A stretch of 64,000 nucleotides of DNA from contig NW_024704742.1 in NCBI RefSeq assembly GCF_018977255.1, forward strand, positions 7,752,001 to 7,816,000, written 5' to 3'. Below the pieces are notes generated by a model, which ran no database searches, had not been told where the DNA came from, and worked only from the letters and a program-made list of their open reading frames with translations. This DNA is from Callorhinchus milii. Lineage: Eukaryota. Below are positions 63,803 through 64,000 of the stretch, in pieces. The position numbers were made by a program, and so were the translations under genes. Every line of letters begins with the position of its first letter. The stretch's first letter is position 1.

Positions 63803-64000
63803 ACAACAATACCAATAACAACTTGCACTTATATATCGCCCTCCACTCAGAGCGCTTAACAGTGGCGGAGCCTGACTCCGAGCCGGGGGCAGGGGGTAGG
63901 TGGACGTAATCACAGTCAAAGAGGAAAGTTTTTAAGCGGGACTTGAAAAAGGGCAGAGAGGGGGCATGGCGGAGGGATTGAGAGAGCGTTCCAGAGTTTT
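63802..64000 (-). mobile_element. L2 3' end (same subfamily as the 13982 copy); runs off the window
   Basis: Shares cagtggcggagcctgactccgagccgg with 14053-14079. Confidence 0.88.

Overview
Vertebrate, largely non-coding DNA. The repeat content (tRNA-headed SINEs with Deu-type bodies and L2-type tails, L2 and CR1 LINE fragments, a Penelope-like remnant) points to a cartilaginous fish, probably a chimaera such as Callorhinchus; this is an inference. The only convincing coding piece is a 103-bp signal-peptide exon on the minus strand (4802-4700, MAYWGQ...LLWTCVCLSCLLCRAAPPNQ, phase-1 donor), which resembles exon 1 of an EphA5-type receptor. The rest of that gene lies left of the window. The exon sits between a CpG island (~6.2-6.8 kb) and about 5 kb of expanded simple repeats. 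A second CpG-enriched, SINE-free block (46-48 kb) holds a candidate + strand exon (47575-47911) of an unidentified, divergently oriented gene. Most long ORFs in the track are artefacts of simple repeats or SINEs. I found no new gene system. The most interesting signals are genome-dynamics ones: AT->GC-biased substitutions in repeats next to the promoter, a CORE/Deu chimeric SINE apparently swapping tails with its L2 partner, two fold-back duplications with ~400-bp spacers, a SINE>L2>CR1 nest, an LF-SINE-like element between two perfect CRE palindromes, and a Helentron/HINE-like element. Repeat boundaries are approximate, and family names come from recalled consensus sequences, not from searches.
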